From NCBI GenBank assembly GCA_964503425.1, contig CAZDAQ010000003.1, positions 1 to 44,783 on the forward strand: 44,783 nt of DNA. Reading direction: 5' to 3'. The DNA is from an uncultured Opitutales bacterium. GTDB lineage: Bacteria > Verrucomicrobiota > Verrucomicrobiia > Opitutales > JABDGR01. Both the position numbers and the translations under genes were made by a program. Below, piece by piece: positions 28,752 through 37,294 of this stretch. Position 1 is the stretch's first letter; every line of letters starts with the position of its first letter. The notes under the pieces are model-generated. The model searched no databases and was not told where the DNA came from. It saw nothing but the letters and a program-made list of their open reading frames with translations.

Positions 28752-28929
28752 ACCCCGCATCCGCTGGCGATTTTAAACCAACCGTTTCTGGGCAAGGTTT
28801 GGTGGTCCGTTTCCCGCTTGCACTTCCCGGAGGATGTATTCAGAATTACCTTGTTCCCGCCAGTTGCGGGTAAGGTGTCCTTTATTTTGGTTCATTAAAC
28901 CATCGGTCCATTTTTTTCTTCTTTTCGCC

Positions 28930-29538
28930 ATGAAATCTTCCACATCCCTCAGGCAGATAACCTCCTTGATATTGCTTTTCGCTGCGCCACTTGCCTTCGG
29001 GCAATCCCAGCCAAACAATAATCCCAATGGCCAGCCCAACAATCCCCAGAATCAACCAGGGGCGAATCGTGCTCCGGCGAAGCCATCCGCCACGCAAAGC
29101 CCCAATCCCATTGGCCCATCGCAACCTTCGCCCATCGCCGGCAACCCACTGCCGTCGAAATCACCCAATGCCAAGCCGCCCGTTAATCCCTATGCCCGGC
29201 TTGCCCCCACGACTCCTTCACCCATTGGACCCAACCAACCTTCACCCATTGCCGGCAACCCGCTGCCGCCGGAGGCCACCAGCCAGCCGAATGGTGTTTC
29301 CACCTCGGCTACGACAATAATCGTGCAGGCCCCCAACCAAGCGGTGAACCCCTGGTTGTTTGGCTCACCCCAACCGTCGCCCATCGCCGGCACTCCGCTG
29401 CCGCCCGGCGCCACTTCCACCCCCGTCACTCCGCCCACTTTACCTGCGCCCGCCTACTATCCACCTTCCTACGAGCAGACCACCGTGGATCAGACCACCT
29501 ACGATCAGACGTCCGGCACTTTGCTCTACTCGGAATAG
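28930..29538 (+). CDS. Small secreted Pro-rich repeat protein (three QPSPIAG[NT]PLP repeats)
   Basis: It has a signal peptide (MKSSTSLRQITSLILLFAAPLAFGQ). Repeats start at 29122, 29236 and 29371. The copies differ mainly at synonymous third positions (tcg/tca, atc/att, cca/ccg), which supports this reading frame. Confidence 0.65.
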   Translation: MKSSTSLRQITSLILLFAAPLAFGQSQPNNNPNGQPNNPQNQPGANRAPAKPSATQSPNPIGPSQPSPIAGNPLPSKSPNAKPPVNPYARLAPTTPSPIGPNQPSPIAGNPLPPEATSQPNGVSTSATTIIVQAPNQAVNPWLFGSPQPSPIAGTPLPPGATSTPVTPPTLPAPAYYPPSYEQTTVDQTTYDQTSGTLLYSE

Positions 29539-29787
29539 CTGTTCCGCGCCGTTCGCTTGCCGCGGTTGTAGTGGCGGACTTGCGGCATCAGTTAATATCT
29601 TCGCAGCTGTCGTGATATTCGATGCGCGTAAATTTCGCGCCTGGTCCGTGAGCCGCTGGCATCCTGCACCAAACGATTGGGCGTTTCCTACGTAGATTAC
29701 CCCACGCCGGGCTGGTTGCGGCGAGGGTGAATTCGTCGTAAGTTTGCTGGATTAAAGCCGATTGTCGGCCTTCGTCTGTTTTTTACC

Positions 29788-30369
29788 ATGACCTCCGCTT
29801 CTTCATTCATTCTCTCCGCTTCCCTGATTTTGATTTTCTCCGCATCATTTTCTCCCGGCCAGACACCTCAACCCGGCACCGCGAACGCCACAGTTTTCTC
29901 CGGCAATCCCACCTTTGCCGCCAACAATACGGCCATTCCTCCGCATTCGCCCTTTGCTCCAAATCCCGCGCCAGGGACCGGTGTTAATCCGGTGGCGGGC
30001 AATCCCACTCCGCCGGCCTCGTCCCCTCTTCCTCCTACGGTTCCACCGCTCCCGCTTCCACCCCCGACACCGTCGCCCCTTGGTCCGGTGCAACCTTCGC
30101 CCATTGCCGGCACCCCGACACCTTCAGGAGCTACCTCGCAGCCTGGCATGATAAATTCTCCTAATTCCAACATTACCACTCCCCCAGTCTCGGCGGTTCC
30201 TCCGGCCTCCGTTCCGCCGACCCAGGTTCAACCCGCTGCGACTGCCAGCACCCCGGCGCAACCTTCACCCATTGCCGGCACCCCCATGCCTCCTGGGGCT
30301 GGTGTCCAGTCCGCCGCACCGCCGGCCTCCGGCCAGTCATCCGGTGCGGCTTCAAGTTCGACGAAATAA
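29788..30369 (+). CDS. Small secreted Pro-rich repeat protein (two QPSPIAGTP repeats), related to the upstream gene
   Basis: It has a signal peptide (MTSASSFILSASLILIFSASFSPGQ). QPSPIAGTP motifs start at 30091 and 30259. The rest is P/A/S/T-rich. Confidence 0.65.
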   Translation: MTSASSFILSASLILIFSASFSPGQTPQPGTANATVFSGNPTFAANNTAIPPHSPFAPNPAPGTGVNPVAGNPTPPASSPLPPTVPPLPLPPPTPSPLGPVQPSPIAGTPTPSGATSQPGMINSPNSNITTPPVSAVPPASVPPTQVQPAATASTPAQPSPIAGTPMPPGAGVQSAAPPASGQSSGAASSSTK

Positions 30370-30437
30370 TTCGCGTGCGCTGTTCATTCGGCGCGGTGGC
30401 TTTCGCAATCTTGCTTCTCGCATTCATTTTATTAGCC

Positions 30438-30953
30438 ATGAAAATCCATCTTTTCCCCCTATCCATTGCCTGCTGGCTTGTTCTTCTCCCCGTGGCCTAT
30501 GCGCAAAATACGCCTCCCATGACTGCGGCGAATACGACGGTGCAAGTGGACTCCTCTACGCCGCAGGCGCAGGACAACGTCATCCCCGGCACCGCGGTTT
30601 CGGGCAATAACACCCTGAACGCCCCCTATACCGCCGGGAACACCACTTCCATGAATTTTCCCACGGGCAATACCACCGCGCCCGCAGCTCCTTCCCATCC
30701 CGCCCTTATTACTCCCGGCACCGGCGTCATCGGCAACAATACCGCCTACGGAAATTATACCACCGGCAACACCACCTCCACGAACTTTCCCACCGGCAAT
30801 ATCACGTCACCCGCGGCCCCACCGCGCCCTGTTGTCGTTACCCCGGGCACGGCGGTCGTCGGCAACAATACCGCCTACGGGAATTACACCACCGGCAACA
30901 CCACCTCGCCGGATTTTCCTTCGGGGCACGCTTCTTCCTCAAGCTCCCCCTAG
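30438..30953 (+). CDS. Small secreted N/T/G-rich repeat protein (2.7 copies of a 43-aa repeat)
   Basis: It has a signal peptide (MKIHLFPLSIACWLVLLPVAYAQ). The repeat unit is TPGTxVxGNNTAYGNYTTGNTTSxNFPTGNxTxPAAPxxPxxx. Confidence 0.65.
   Translation: MKIHLFPLSIACWLVLLPVAYAQNTPPMTAANTTVQVDSSTPQAQDNVIPGTAVSGNNTLNAPYTAGNTTSMNFPTGNTTAPAAPSHPALITPGTGVIGNNTAYGNYTTGNTTSTNFPTGNITSPAAPPRPVVVTPGTAVVGNNTAYGNYTTGNTTSPDFPSGHASSSSSP
30582..30926 (+). repeat. Intragenic 129-nt (43-codon) tandem repeat, 2.7 copies
   Basis: Copies lie at 30582-30710, 30711-30839 and 30840-30926 (partial). Copies 2 and 3 are near-identical apart from mostly third-position changes (gga/ggg, tat/tac, tcc/tcg). Confidence 0.8.
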
Positions 30954-30993
30954 CGCCGGTTTTCCTGCGTCCATCCGGCTTAAGCAGCATGCT

Positions 30994-31998
30994 TCACGCC
31001 GTGCGCCCTTGCTTTACCTGAACCAGCAGTTCCTGCTTGAGTTCCTCCAGCCCGTCTCCGGTCAAACACGAGATTTTTTGCAGGGGAACGCCCCGGTGTT
31101 TCCGGCGGAACCGCTGGCAGTTCTTGGCCGCCGCGGCTTCGTCCATTTTATTGGCCGCGACCAGCCGCGGCTTGTCCAGCAGCTTCGCATCATGGCTTTT
31201 TAGTTCGTCGAGCAAATGCTTGTAGTCGTCGAGCGGGTCGCGCCCATCCGTGCCCGCCATGTCCAGCATGATGAGCAGCAGCCGGCACCGCTCAATGTGC
31301 CGCAAAAATTCGTGCCCCAGGCCCTTGTTGTCGCTCGAGCCTTCAATCAACCCGGGGATGTCGGCAATCCGGATGCGCTCGTAGCTTTCGGGATACTCGA
31401 TGATCCCGACCTGCACGTGCAGCGTGGTAAATGGATAGGCCGCCATCTTCGGGTGCGCCCGCGTCAGCCGGTTCGTCAGCGACGACTTCCCCGCGTTCGG
31501 AAAGCCCACCAGCCCCACATCCGCGATCGTCTTGAGCACCAGCAGGAAATCCTTTTCCTCGCCCAGCTCGCCGGGCGTAAATTGCCGCGGCGTGCGGTTC
31601 GTCGAGCTTTTGAAATGCAGGTTGCCCAGCCCGCCCTTGCCGCCGTGCAGTAACACCACCCGCTGGCCGTTTTCCGTCATCTCCATCACCGCGCGGCCCG
31701 TCTCCGGGTCTGTGACCACCGTGCCCAGCGGCAGGCGCAGGAGTAAATCCGCGCCGGCATGCCCGAAACAGTCGCGCCCCCGGCCCGGGTCGCCGTGTTT
31801 CGCGTGCAAGCTCGGCGTGTATTGGAATTGCGACAGGTCACTCACGTTCTCGTCGCCAATCAGCACCACGTCCCCGCCCTTGCCGCCGTCGCCGCCGTCC
31901 GGGCCGCCCTTGGGCAGGAATTTTTCCCGGCGAAAGCCCGCGCAGCCGTCGCCGCCGTTGCCCGCTCGCAAATGCACTTTGGCTTCGTCCACAAACAT
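30994..31998 (-). CDS. obg: GTPase Obg/CgtA
   Basis: The Obg fold is MFVDEAKVHLRAGNGGDGCAGFRREKFLPKGGPDGGDGGKGGDVVL. The GTPase motifs are GFPNAGKSSL, DIPGLIEG and NKMD. Confidence 0.95.
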   Translation of the reverse strand: MFVDEAKVHLRAGNGGDGCAGFRREKFLPKGGPDGGDGGKGGDVVLIGDENVSDLSQFQYTPSLHAKHGDPGRGRDCFGHAGADLLLRLPLGTVVTDPETGRAVMEMTENGQRVVLLHGGKGGLGNLHFKSSTNRTPRQFTPGELGEEKDFLLVLKTIADVGLVGFPNAGKSSLTNRLTRAHPKMAAYPFTTLHVQVGIIEYPESYERIRIADIPGLIEGSSDNKGLGHEFLRHIERCRLLLIMLDMAGTDGRDPLDDYKHLLDELKSHDAKLLDKPRLVAANKMDEAAAAKNCQRFRRKHRGVPLQKISCLTGDGLEELKQELLVQVKQGRTA

Positions 31999-32000
31999 GG

Positions 32001-32549
32001 TTAGGCGCCTCCCGGCGTCGCCGGCTTCGCCGGGGTGTCGTTGTCCTCAGACCCGCTGGGGTCCAGTTGTTTCGCCGTCGCGTGCGCCCAGTCCCCCACC
32101 AGCTTCGCCGCCTCCGGCGTAAGCACCGCATCACGGTGAATCAGCAGGTAGCTTGATAGCGGCATCCACCCGTTCGTCACGGCGTCATCCACCCCGCGCA
32201 GGTAATCCGCCTGTTTGTCCGGCTTGTAGTCCGACCAGGTGGAGAAATTCATCGCGTGCCGGCCCTCGGTCACGTGCTTGATCAGCATCCATGACATCGG
32301 CGCAATATGCGCATACCACGGCCACCTGGTTTCGTTGGAATGGCAGTCATAGCACGCCACCCGCATCACCGCCGCCACCGCCGGCGGCGGGTTCAACGCC
32401 TGCGCTGCCTGCACCGGCGGGTTCGTGGTCGGTATGGGCTCGAGGTTCTTGTCCATCAGCGGTCGCAGCGCCGACGTCGGCACAAACTGGATCGCCACGA
32501 AAGCGGCCACCGCCACGATGGCGATGCGTTTCAACCATTTTTTTATCAT
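32001..32549 (-). CDS. Haem-binding-domain protein (Haem_bd-like, CxxCH), membrane anchored
   Basis: An N-terminal TM helix (IAIVAVAAFVAIQFV) is followed by CYDCHSNETRWPWYAHIAPMSWMLIKHVTEGRHAMNFSTW. This matches the haem-binding domain pattern I recall (C-x-x-C-H-S...WPWY...P.SW). Confidence 0.75.
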   Translation of the reverse strand: MIKKWLKRIAIVAVAAFVAIQFVPTSALRPLMDKNLEPIPTTNPPVQAAQALNPPPAVAAVMRVACYDCHSNETRWPWYAHIAPMSWMLIKHVTEGRHAMNFSTWSDYKPDKQADYLRGVDDAVTNGWMPLSSYLLIHRDAVLTPEAAKLVGDWAHATAKQLDPSGSEDNDTPAKPATPGGA

Positions 32550-32616
32550 CTGAATGCAATGACAGGCCCGCGCCCGCTTGTCGAGCGGTCTTGCAGGGAC
32601 GGACTCGACCCGCGCC

Positions 32617-34338
32617 TTACCGGTTCGCCGCCGTGTTCGGATCGGGCAGCGGGGTCACCGTGGCGCGCGCCTCCTGCAAAGTCCCCAGCATCCGTATCCC
32701 GAGCTTGCGCACGTCCTGCTCCACCACGCGCCCGCGCACAATCAGCCACACCCATTCCTCGCCCCGGCGAAACCGGAAGCGGGCCGCAAACAACTCCGCC
32801 TGGTGGTGCAGGTGGCTCAGCATCGCCCGCTGGAATTCCGCCCGGTCCTCGTAAAACATCCCGTCCTGCCAGACTTGCACGGACAACCCTTCTGGCCGCT
32901 CCGGAATCCCCGCCAGCTTCCCAAATTGCGCGTCGAACCGGATAATCCCCGTTGGAATGTGCCATTCCCATAGGCCCACCTCCGCCACGGCCAGCGTGTC
33001 GCGCACCCGCGCCATCGTCACCCGCAAATCCCGCAGGCTGGCCCGCCCGCTCGAAATGTCGTCCGCCACCACCATCAGCAGCCGCTCGCCCCGCTCGTCA
33101 AAATACGCCGCCTGCTTGGTGAACAGCAATTCCACCGGCTGGCCCCGGTAATCCACGCCCTCGGCCTCCTCCCGCCACATTTCACCCAGGTTTTGCAGCA
33201 GGGTCAGTTCCTTCGCCCGCCAAAAGGCGTCCACCGACTTTTGCTGCTGCCACTGATCCTCCTCCGTGCCGCCTTCCCGCCCCAGCAGTTGGAACCAGCG
33301 CCGGCTCACCAGCACCGGCTTGTCGCCAATGTCCTTGATCAGCACCCCGCAGGGCAGTTGCTCCAGCACCTGCCGCAGGAAGCGCGCCCGCTGCCGCTGT
33401 TGCAGCAATTCGATGCGCCGCTCGTCCGTTACCGCCGCCAGCAGCAGCGCGATCAACCCGTGAAACCCCAAAAACGTCCATGCCAGCAGCATCACCACAA
33501 ACTCGTCCTTGTTCGTGAACGGCCCGAGGTTCTGCCACGCGCACACCGCCGTCACGCCGCCCACAAACACGTTCGCCAGCGCCGCCCCGGCCGGCCCAAA
33601 CCTCCAGGCCGTCCAAAAAATAAACGGCAGCGCCACATACGCCAACGGGAACCAGTGCTGTTCCCCCGCCGTCAGGAAAGTCATCATCAGCAGCAGGCTG
33701 GCCACCAGCGACAAATTGATCAGCACCCACTCCCACATCCGCGCCGGGTTCCACCGCTGGAAATACTCCGCGCTCAGCGACAGCAAAAACGGCGTCAGCA
33801 AAAGAATCCCGATCCAGCCCGCCAGCCATTCCGCCAGCATATGCTTCCACGCCAACCCCAGGTTCTGCTCGGTGGCCAGATCCGGCAGCGCCGACCCCAG
33901 CACCCCCATCACCAACCCCGCCGCCGGCGCCGCCAGCAATGCCAGCACCAGCACGTCCGTCATGTTCCGCATCCGCGTGTCAAAACCGCACACCGCGAGC
34001 ATCACCCTCGCCAGCCCCGCCGCGCCCACCAGCCCGGCCGCATACAACGGCACGCCCACCCAGCTGTGCAGCACCAACCCCCCGCTCAGCGCCCCCGCCA
34101 GCGCCACTCCCGGCCAGAATTTCCACCCCCGCAGCCACAGCACCGCCACCGCCGCCGCCAGCCCCAAGTCCAGCAAGGGCAACGTCTGCCCCGCCGGCAC
34201 CGTCCCTTCGTGCCCCATCTGATCCAGGATAAACACCAGCACCGCCGACGACATAAACCACAGATACGGCATCGCTCCCGCCGTGGACGCCCCGGGCGTC
34301 GCCGCCGCGCTCGCGCTTGGTTTCATCCGGGAATGCAT
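32617..34338 (-). CDS. Membrane sensor: MASE1-like polytopic domain + two PAS domains, with no recognisable output domain
   Basis: About 300 aa of multiple TM helices include LGLAAAVAVLWLRGWKFWPGVALAGAL. Two PAS-like segments follow (LRQVLEQLPCGVLIKD... and LAVAEVGLWEWHIPTGIIRFDAQF...EWVWLIVRGRVVEQD). The protein ends about 35 aa after the second PAS domain. Confidence 0.65.
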   Translation of the reverse strand: MHSRMKPSASAAATPGASTAGAMPYLWFMSSAVLVFILDQMGHEGTVPAGQTLPLLDLGLAAAVAVLWLRGWKFWPGVALAGALSGGLVLHSWVGVPLYAAGLVGAAGLARVMLAVCGFDTRMRNMTDVLVLALLAAPAAGLVMGVLGSALPDLATEQNLGLAWKHMLAEWLAGWIGILLLTPFLLSLSAEYFQRWNPARMWEWVLINLSLVASLLLMMTFLTAGEQHWFPLAYVALPFIFWTAWRFGPAGAALANVFVGGVTAVCAWQNLGPFTNKDEFVVMLLAWTFLGFHGLIALLLAAVTDERRIELLQQRQRARFLRQVLEQLPCGVLIKDIGDKPVLVSRRWFQLLGREGGTEEDQWQQQKSVDAFWRAKELTLLQNLGEMWREEAEGVDYRGQPVELLFTKQAAYFDERGERLLMVVADDISSGRASLRDLRVTMARVRDTLAVAEVGLWEWHIPTGIIRFDAQFGKLAGIPERPEGLSVQVWQDGMFYEDRAEFQRAMLSHLHHQAELFAARFRFRRGEEWVWLIVRGRVVEQDVRKLGIRMLGTLQEARATVTPLPDPNTAANR

Positions 34339-34365
34339 GACAGGATTGTCGGGCCTTCGCCAGTA

Positions 34366-35211
34366 TCAATGCGCCGGGGCGGTCGCCGCCTTTTTCTCCT
34401 CCGGCGGCGCGGCGGATTCCGGCAGGCGCTCCGCGGCCGACAGTTTCAAATCGTCCTCCATTTCCCGCATACGCCCCCACACCGCCGCTTTGGACGCCGC
34501 GGCCACGTTCGCCGGCAGCGAAGGATAAAGGTGGCGCAAATAATCGTAGGCTTCGCGTTCGTGGCCTGCCGTGGTGAGCTTTTCCGCATACACGCGCGCA
34601 AGGAAATATGGCGCACCGGGCGCGTTGGCCGCCTGGCGGTATTGGTCAATGGACTCCGCCAGTTCATGCATGTTGATGTCGTAAATCATCGCCTTGTCGA
34701 GCAGCAGCGTCGGGTTCTGCGGATGGTTCGCCAGCCCGCGGTCCAGGAGGCTTTGCGCCCGGTTGCCCTGTTCGCGCCGAATCGCCAGTTCCGCCGCCGG
34801 CGTCAGGTTCCCGGCTTTCTCCGCCGCCTCCACCCGCCATGCCGGGACGTCCTTCCCGATCATCCGCGCCCCTTCCGACCAAAAATTCACCGACCGCGGA
34901 TTGAGCAGCGTCGTCAGGTTCACCATCGCCTCCGTTTCGGGCCGGTTGCGCTTTTCCCAGCTCGAATTACCCGCGATCCACACAAAATCCGCCATGATCG
35001 CGCGGAATCCACCGAGAATTCCCAGCACCAATCCCTGCCCCAGTGCGCTCTTGAAATCCTGCAGGTTCAGGTCCGGTTGCCGCGAGCGCACCGCCCCCCA
35101 CGCCGTCGCCTGCAACGGCCCCGTCACAATCCCCGCCGCCAGCAGTCCCGCGCAGACCGCCAGCACCGCGCGCCCGCGCTGCCACCACCAGGAACTGCGG
35201 TCAATCGTCAT
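34366..35211 (-). CDS. Hypothetical membrane protein with a helical-repeat (TPR-like) soluble part
   Basis: There are two hydrophobic segments (AVLAVCAGLLAAGIVTG; LVLGILGGFRAIMADFVWIA). The remainder is helical (LLDRGLANHPQNPTLLLDKAMIYD...YFLARVYAEKL). It lies on the same strand as the ABC genes, 33 nt downstream of them. Confidence 0.5.
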   Translation of the reverse strand: MTIDRSSWWWQRGRAVLAVCAGLLAAGIVTGPLQATAWGAVRSRQPDLNLQDFKSALGQGLVLGILGGFRAIMADFVWIAGNSSWEKRNRPETEAMVNLTTLLNPRSVNFWSEGARMIGKDVPAWRVEAAEKAGNLTPAAELAIRREQGNRAQSLLDRGLANHPQNPTLLLDKAMIYDINMHELAESIDQYRQAANAPGAPYFLARVYAEKLTTAGHEREAYDYLRHLYPSLPANVAAASKAAVWGRMREMEDDLKLSAAERLPESAAPPEEKKAATAPAH

Positions 35212-35244
35212 GGGGTTTATTATGCTTGTCCGGTTTCGCGGCGC

Positions 35245-36087
35245 TTAAATCTCCCGTCCGAGGAAACTGAACACCGCCAGCGCCAGGATCGCCACCACGT
35301 AAAATACGCCGTAGCCGAGCGCCGCCGCCACCGCCGCGTGCGGCACCGGACTGGCCATCGGAAACACCAGCAAATCGCCAATGCTGAAAAGCTGGAAATT
35401 CGGAAACACCTTCGACAGCAGCCACACCAGCGTTTGCAGCGCCGGCGATTCGACATTCTTCCAGTTGTCCAGCGCCACGTATTGCAACTGGCAGATCAAT
35501 TCCGCGAAAAACGCCACCACCACTGTGTAGAGGTTCGTGTTCGCAAAACTCGCCACCAAAATCGTGATGGCCGACAGCACCGCGAACTTCAGCCATTGCA
35601 GCACCCCGCAAACCGCCAGCCCCCATAATTGCACCTTCTCGCTATCGGGGAACTGCCGCCCGTCCAGCGCCAGCCGTTGCGCGATCTGCCCTTCGCGCCA
35701 CCACATCAGCCCGCCCAACAGTGTCACCAGCAATGCCACGAACACCAGCAGCAGCAGCGCCACCCCGGCGAACTTCCCCGCGATGAACGACCACCGCCGC
35801 ACCGGCTTCGCCAGAATCGTCAACGCCGTCCGGTTTTCGATTTCGCTGAAAAACAACTGCGCCGTCGCCACCACCGACAGGATGGACCCAAAAAAGAACA
35901 CCCCCCCGAGTCCGAAATCCGCGATGAACCGGAGTTCCGACGCCCCAAAATCAAACATCCGGAAAAACAGCGAACTCCCGATCAGCGCCAGCGACAGGAT
36001 CACCAGAAAGTTAAAAAACTTCTGCCGCACCGCCTCCAAAAAGGTCAGCCGGCCTATCAGACACATATGCTTCAAATCCGTGTTCAT
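35245..36087 (-). CDS. ABC-2-type transporter permease
   Basis: The ATG at 36087 overlaps the ATPase stop codon (ATGA). The protein has six predicted hydrophobic helices. MNTDLKHMCLIGRLTFLEAVRQKFFNFLVILSLALIG...FFSEIENRTALTILAKPVRRWSFIAGKF is typical of the ABC2_membrane (NosY/GldF-like) families. Confidence 0.8.
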   Translation of the reverse strand: MNTDLKHMCLIGRLTFLEAVRQKFFNFLVILSLALIGSSLFFRMFDFGASELRFIADFGLGGVFFFGSILSVVATAQLFFSEIENRTALTILAKPVRRWSFIAGKFAGVALLLLVFVALLVTLLGGLMWWREGQIAQRLALDGRQFPDSEKVQLWGLAVCGVLQWLKFAVLSAITILVASFANTNLYTVVVAFFAELICQLQYVALDNWKNVESPALQTLVWLLSKVFPNFQLFSIGDLLVFPMASPVPHAAVAAALGYGVFYVVAILALAVFSFLGREI

Positions 36088-36980
36088 GGCGCCTTCCCCT
36101 TCTCCGGTGCCGCGGGCTTTTCCTTCAATGTCTCCGGCGCGATTTTTTCGACAAACAGCCGGTCGAGCGACACCCGCGCTTCGTCCACATACAACAGCCG
36201 CGCCCCGTGCCGCCCCAGCGCCGCCTCCACCTCCGTCCGCGCCCCGGGGCTGAAATTCTCCACCGCCAGGCTGCTCAAGCCCTCGCGCCGCAGCAGGTCG
36301 CTCACGCTGCCCTGCGCCACCAGCTTGCCCTGGTTCAGGATCGCCAGATGGTCGCACACGCCCTCCACCTGCGCCAGCAGGTGCGAGCACAGCAGCACCG
36401 TCTTGCCCCGCCGCTTCAATTCCAAAATCAATTCCGTTATCGCCACCGTGCCCACCGGGTCCACCCCCGCCGTCGGCTCGTCGAGAATCACCAGCCGCGG
36501 GTCATGCACCACCGCCTGCGCCAGCCCGACGCGCTGCAGCATCCCCTTCGAGTAAGTCCCCACGCGCCGGTGCGCCGCCGCCGTCAACCCCACCAGTTCG
36601 AGCACCTCGTCCACCCGCCGCGCCCGCTCCGCCTTCGGCACGCCGCAGATGCTCGCGTAAAAATCCACGAGTTCCCGTCCCGTCAGGAACCGGTAGAAAT
36701 ACGGCGCCTCCGGCAAAAACCCCACCAGCCGCCGCGCCGCCACCGAATCGCTCGGCAACCCGAAAATCTCGCACCGCCCGCGCGTCGGCTCCAGCAACCC
36801 CAAAATTACCTTCATCGTCGTGCTCTTGCCCGACCCATTCGGCCCCAGCAGCCCGAACACCTGGTTGTCCGCCACCTCCAGCGACAGATCCTCCACCGCC
36901 CGCAGCTTCACCCCGCGCAGCCCCAGGCGGAAATCCTTGGTCAGGTTCTCAATGCGAATCGCGGGAACAGCCATGATCAA
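36084..36980 (-). CDS. ABC transporter ATP-binding protein
   Basis: The motifs are Walker A GPNGSGKST, signature YSKGMLQRVGLA, Walker B LVILDEP and an H-loop CSHLL. Confidence 0.92.
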   Translation of the reverse strand: MIMAVPAIRIENLTKDFRLGLRGVKLRAVEDLSLEVADNQVFGLLGPNGSGKSTTMKVILGLLEPTRGRCEIFGLPSDSVAARRLVGFLPEAPYFYRFLTGRELVDFYASICGVPKAERARRVDEVLELVGLTAAAHRRVGTYSKGMLQRVGLAQAVVHDPRLVILDEPTAGVDPVGTVAITELILELKRRGKTVLLCSHLLAQVEGVCDHLAILNQGKLVAQGSVSDLLRREGLSSLAVENFSPGARTEVEAALGRHGARLLYVDEARVSLDRLFVEKIAPETLKEKPAAPEKGKAP

Positions 36981-37015
36981 AAAAAGTTTACTCTCCGGCG
37001 CCGCGCCCCGCGGCT

Positions 37016-37294
37016 TTAACCGATGACAAAGTTAGTGAACCGGGCCGGGCCGTCCAGCACGCATTCCGTCGTTTCATGGATATGATGCTCCATCTCCGCC
37101 TTTATTTCCTTCAGGAACGCCCGCACCTCTCCCTCCGCCCCCTCCGCTATCACCTGCACCTGCCCGTCCGGCAGGTTCCGCACCTGCCCCGTAACCGCGA
37201 ACCCCTGTGCGAGTTGCCGCGTCAGGTAGCGAAAGCCCACGCCTTGCACGCGGCCGGAAAAATGCGCTTCCAATCGAAACACCGGGTTGGCCAT
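37016..37294 (-). CDS. acyP: Acylphosphatase
   Basis: The 92-aa protein starts at ATG 37294. FSGRVQGVGFRYLTRQLAQGFAVTGQVRNLPDGQVQVIAEGAEGEVRAFL is the acylphosphatase signature. Confidence 0.85.
   Translation of the reverse strand: MANPVFRLEAHFSGRVQGVGFRYLTRQLAQGFAVTGQVRNLPDGQVQVIAEGAEGEVRAFLKEIKAEMEHHIHETTECVLDGPARFTNFVIG

Noticed and set aside
28773-28931. A small basic ORF on the minus strand (MAKRRKKWTDGLMNQNKGHLTRNW..., about 52 aa). It lies in the AT-rich spacer between the debranching enzyme gene and the first repeat protein, and its ATG shares a CATG with the plus-strand ATG at 28930.
   Set aside because: It has no recognisable motif, no support beyond being open, and would converge on the upstream gene with about 20 nt to spare. 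I cannot distinguish it from chance.
29539-29787. The 249-nt spacer between the first two repeat-protein genes contains several short hairpins, for example GCGCG-TAAATTT-CGCGC and TGCCGC...GCGGCA. I considered whether it encodes a riboswitch or sRNA.
   Set aside because: I recognise no known riboswitch consensus. The stems are short and could arise by chance in GC-rich DNA. Covariation or expression data would be needed.
33193-35628. Very long antisense ORFs in the track. Examples are 33193-35628 (+, 811 aa), 41114-43120 (+, 668 aa), 22922-24799 (-, 625 aa) and 8286-9998 (-, 570 aa). Others are 1689-3035 (-), 24760-25968 (-), 21098-22414 (-), 26691-27698 (-), 38171-39349 (+), 37497-38354 (-), 19570-20403 (-) and 4624-5733 (-).
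   Set aside because: Each lies opposite a gene with clear family motifs such as secA, htpG, lnt or the ABC genes. Their translations are monotonous R/P/G/A/H/Q-rich strings with no motifs. Long open antisense frames are expected in GC-rich DNA because stop codons are rare.
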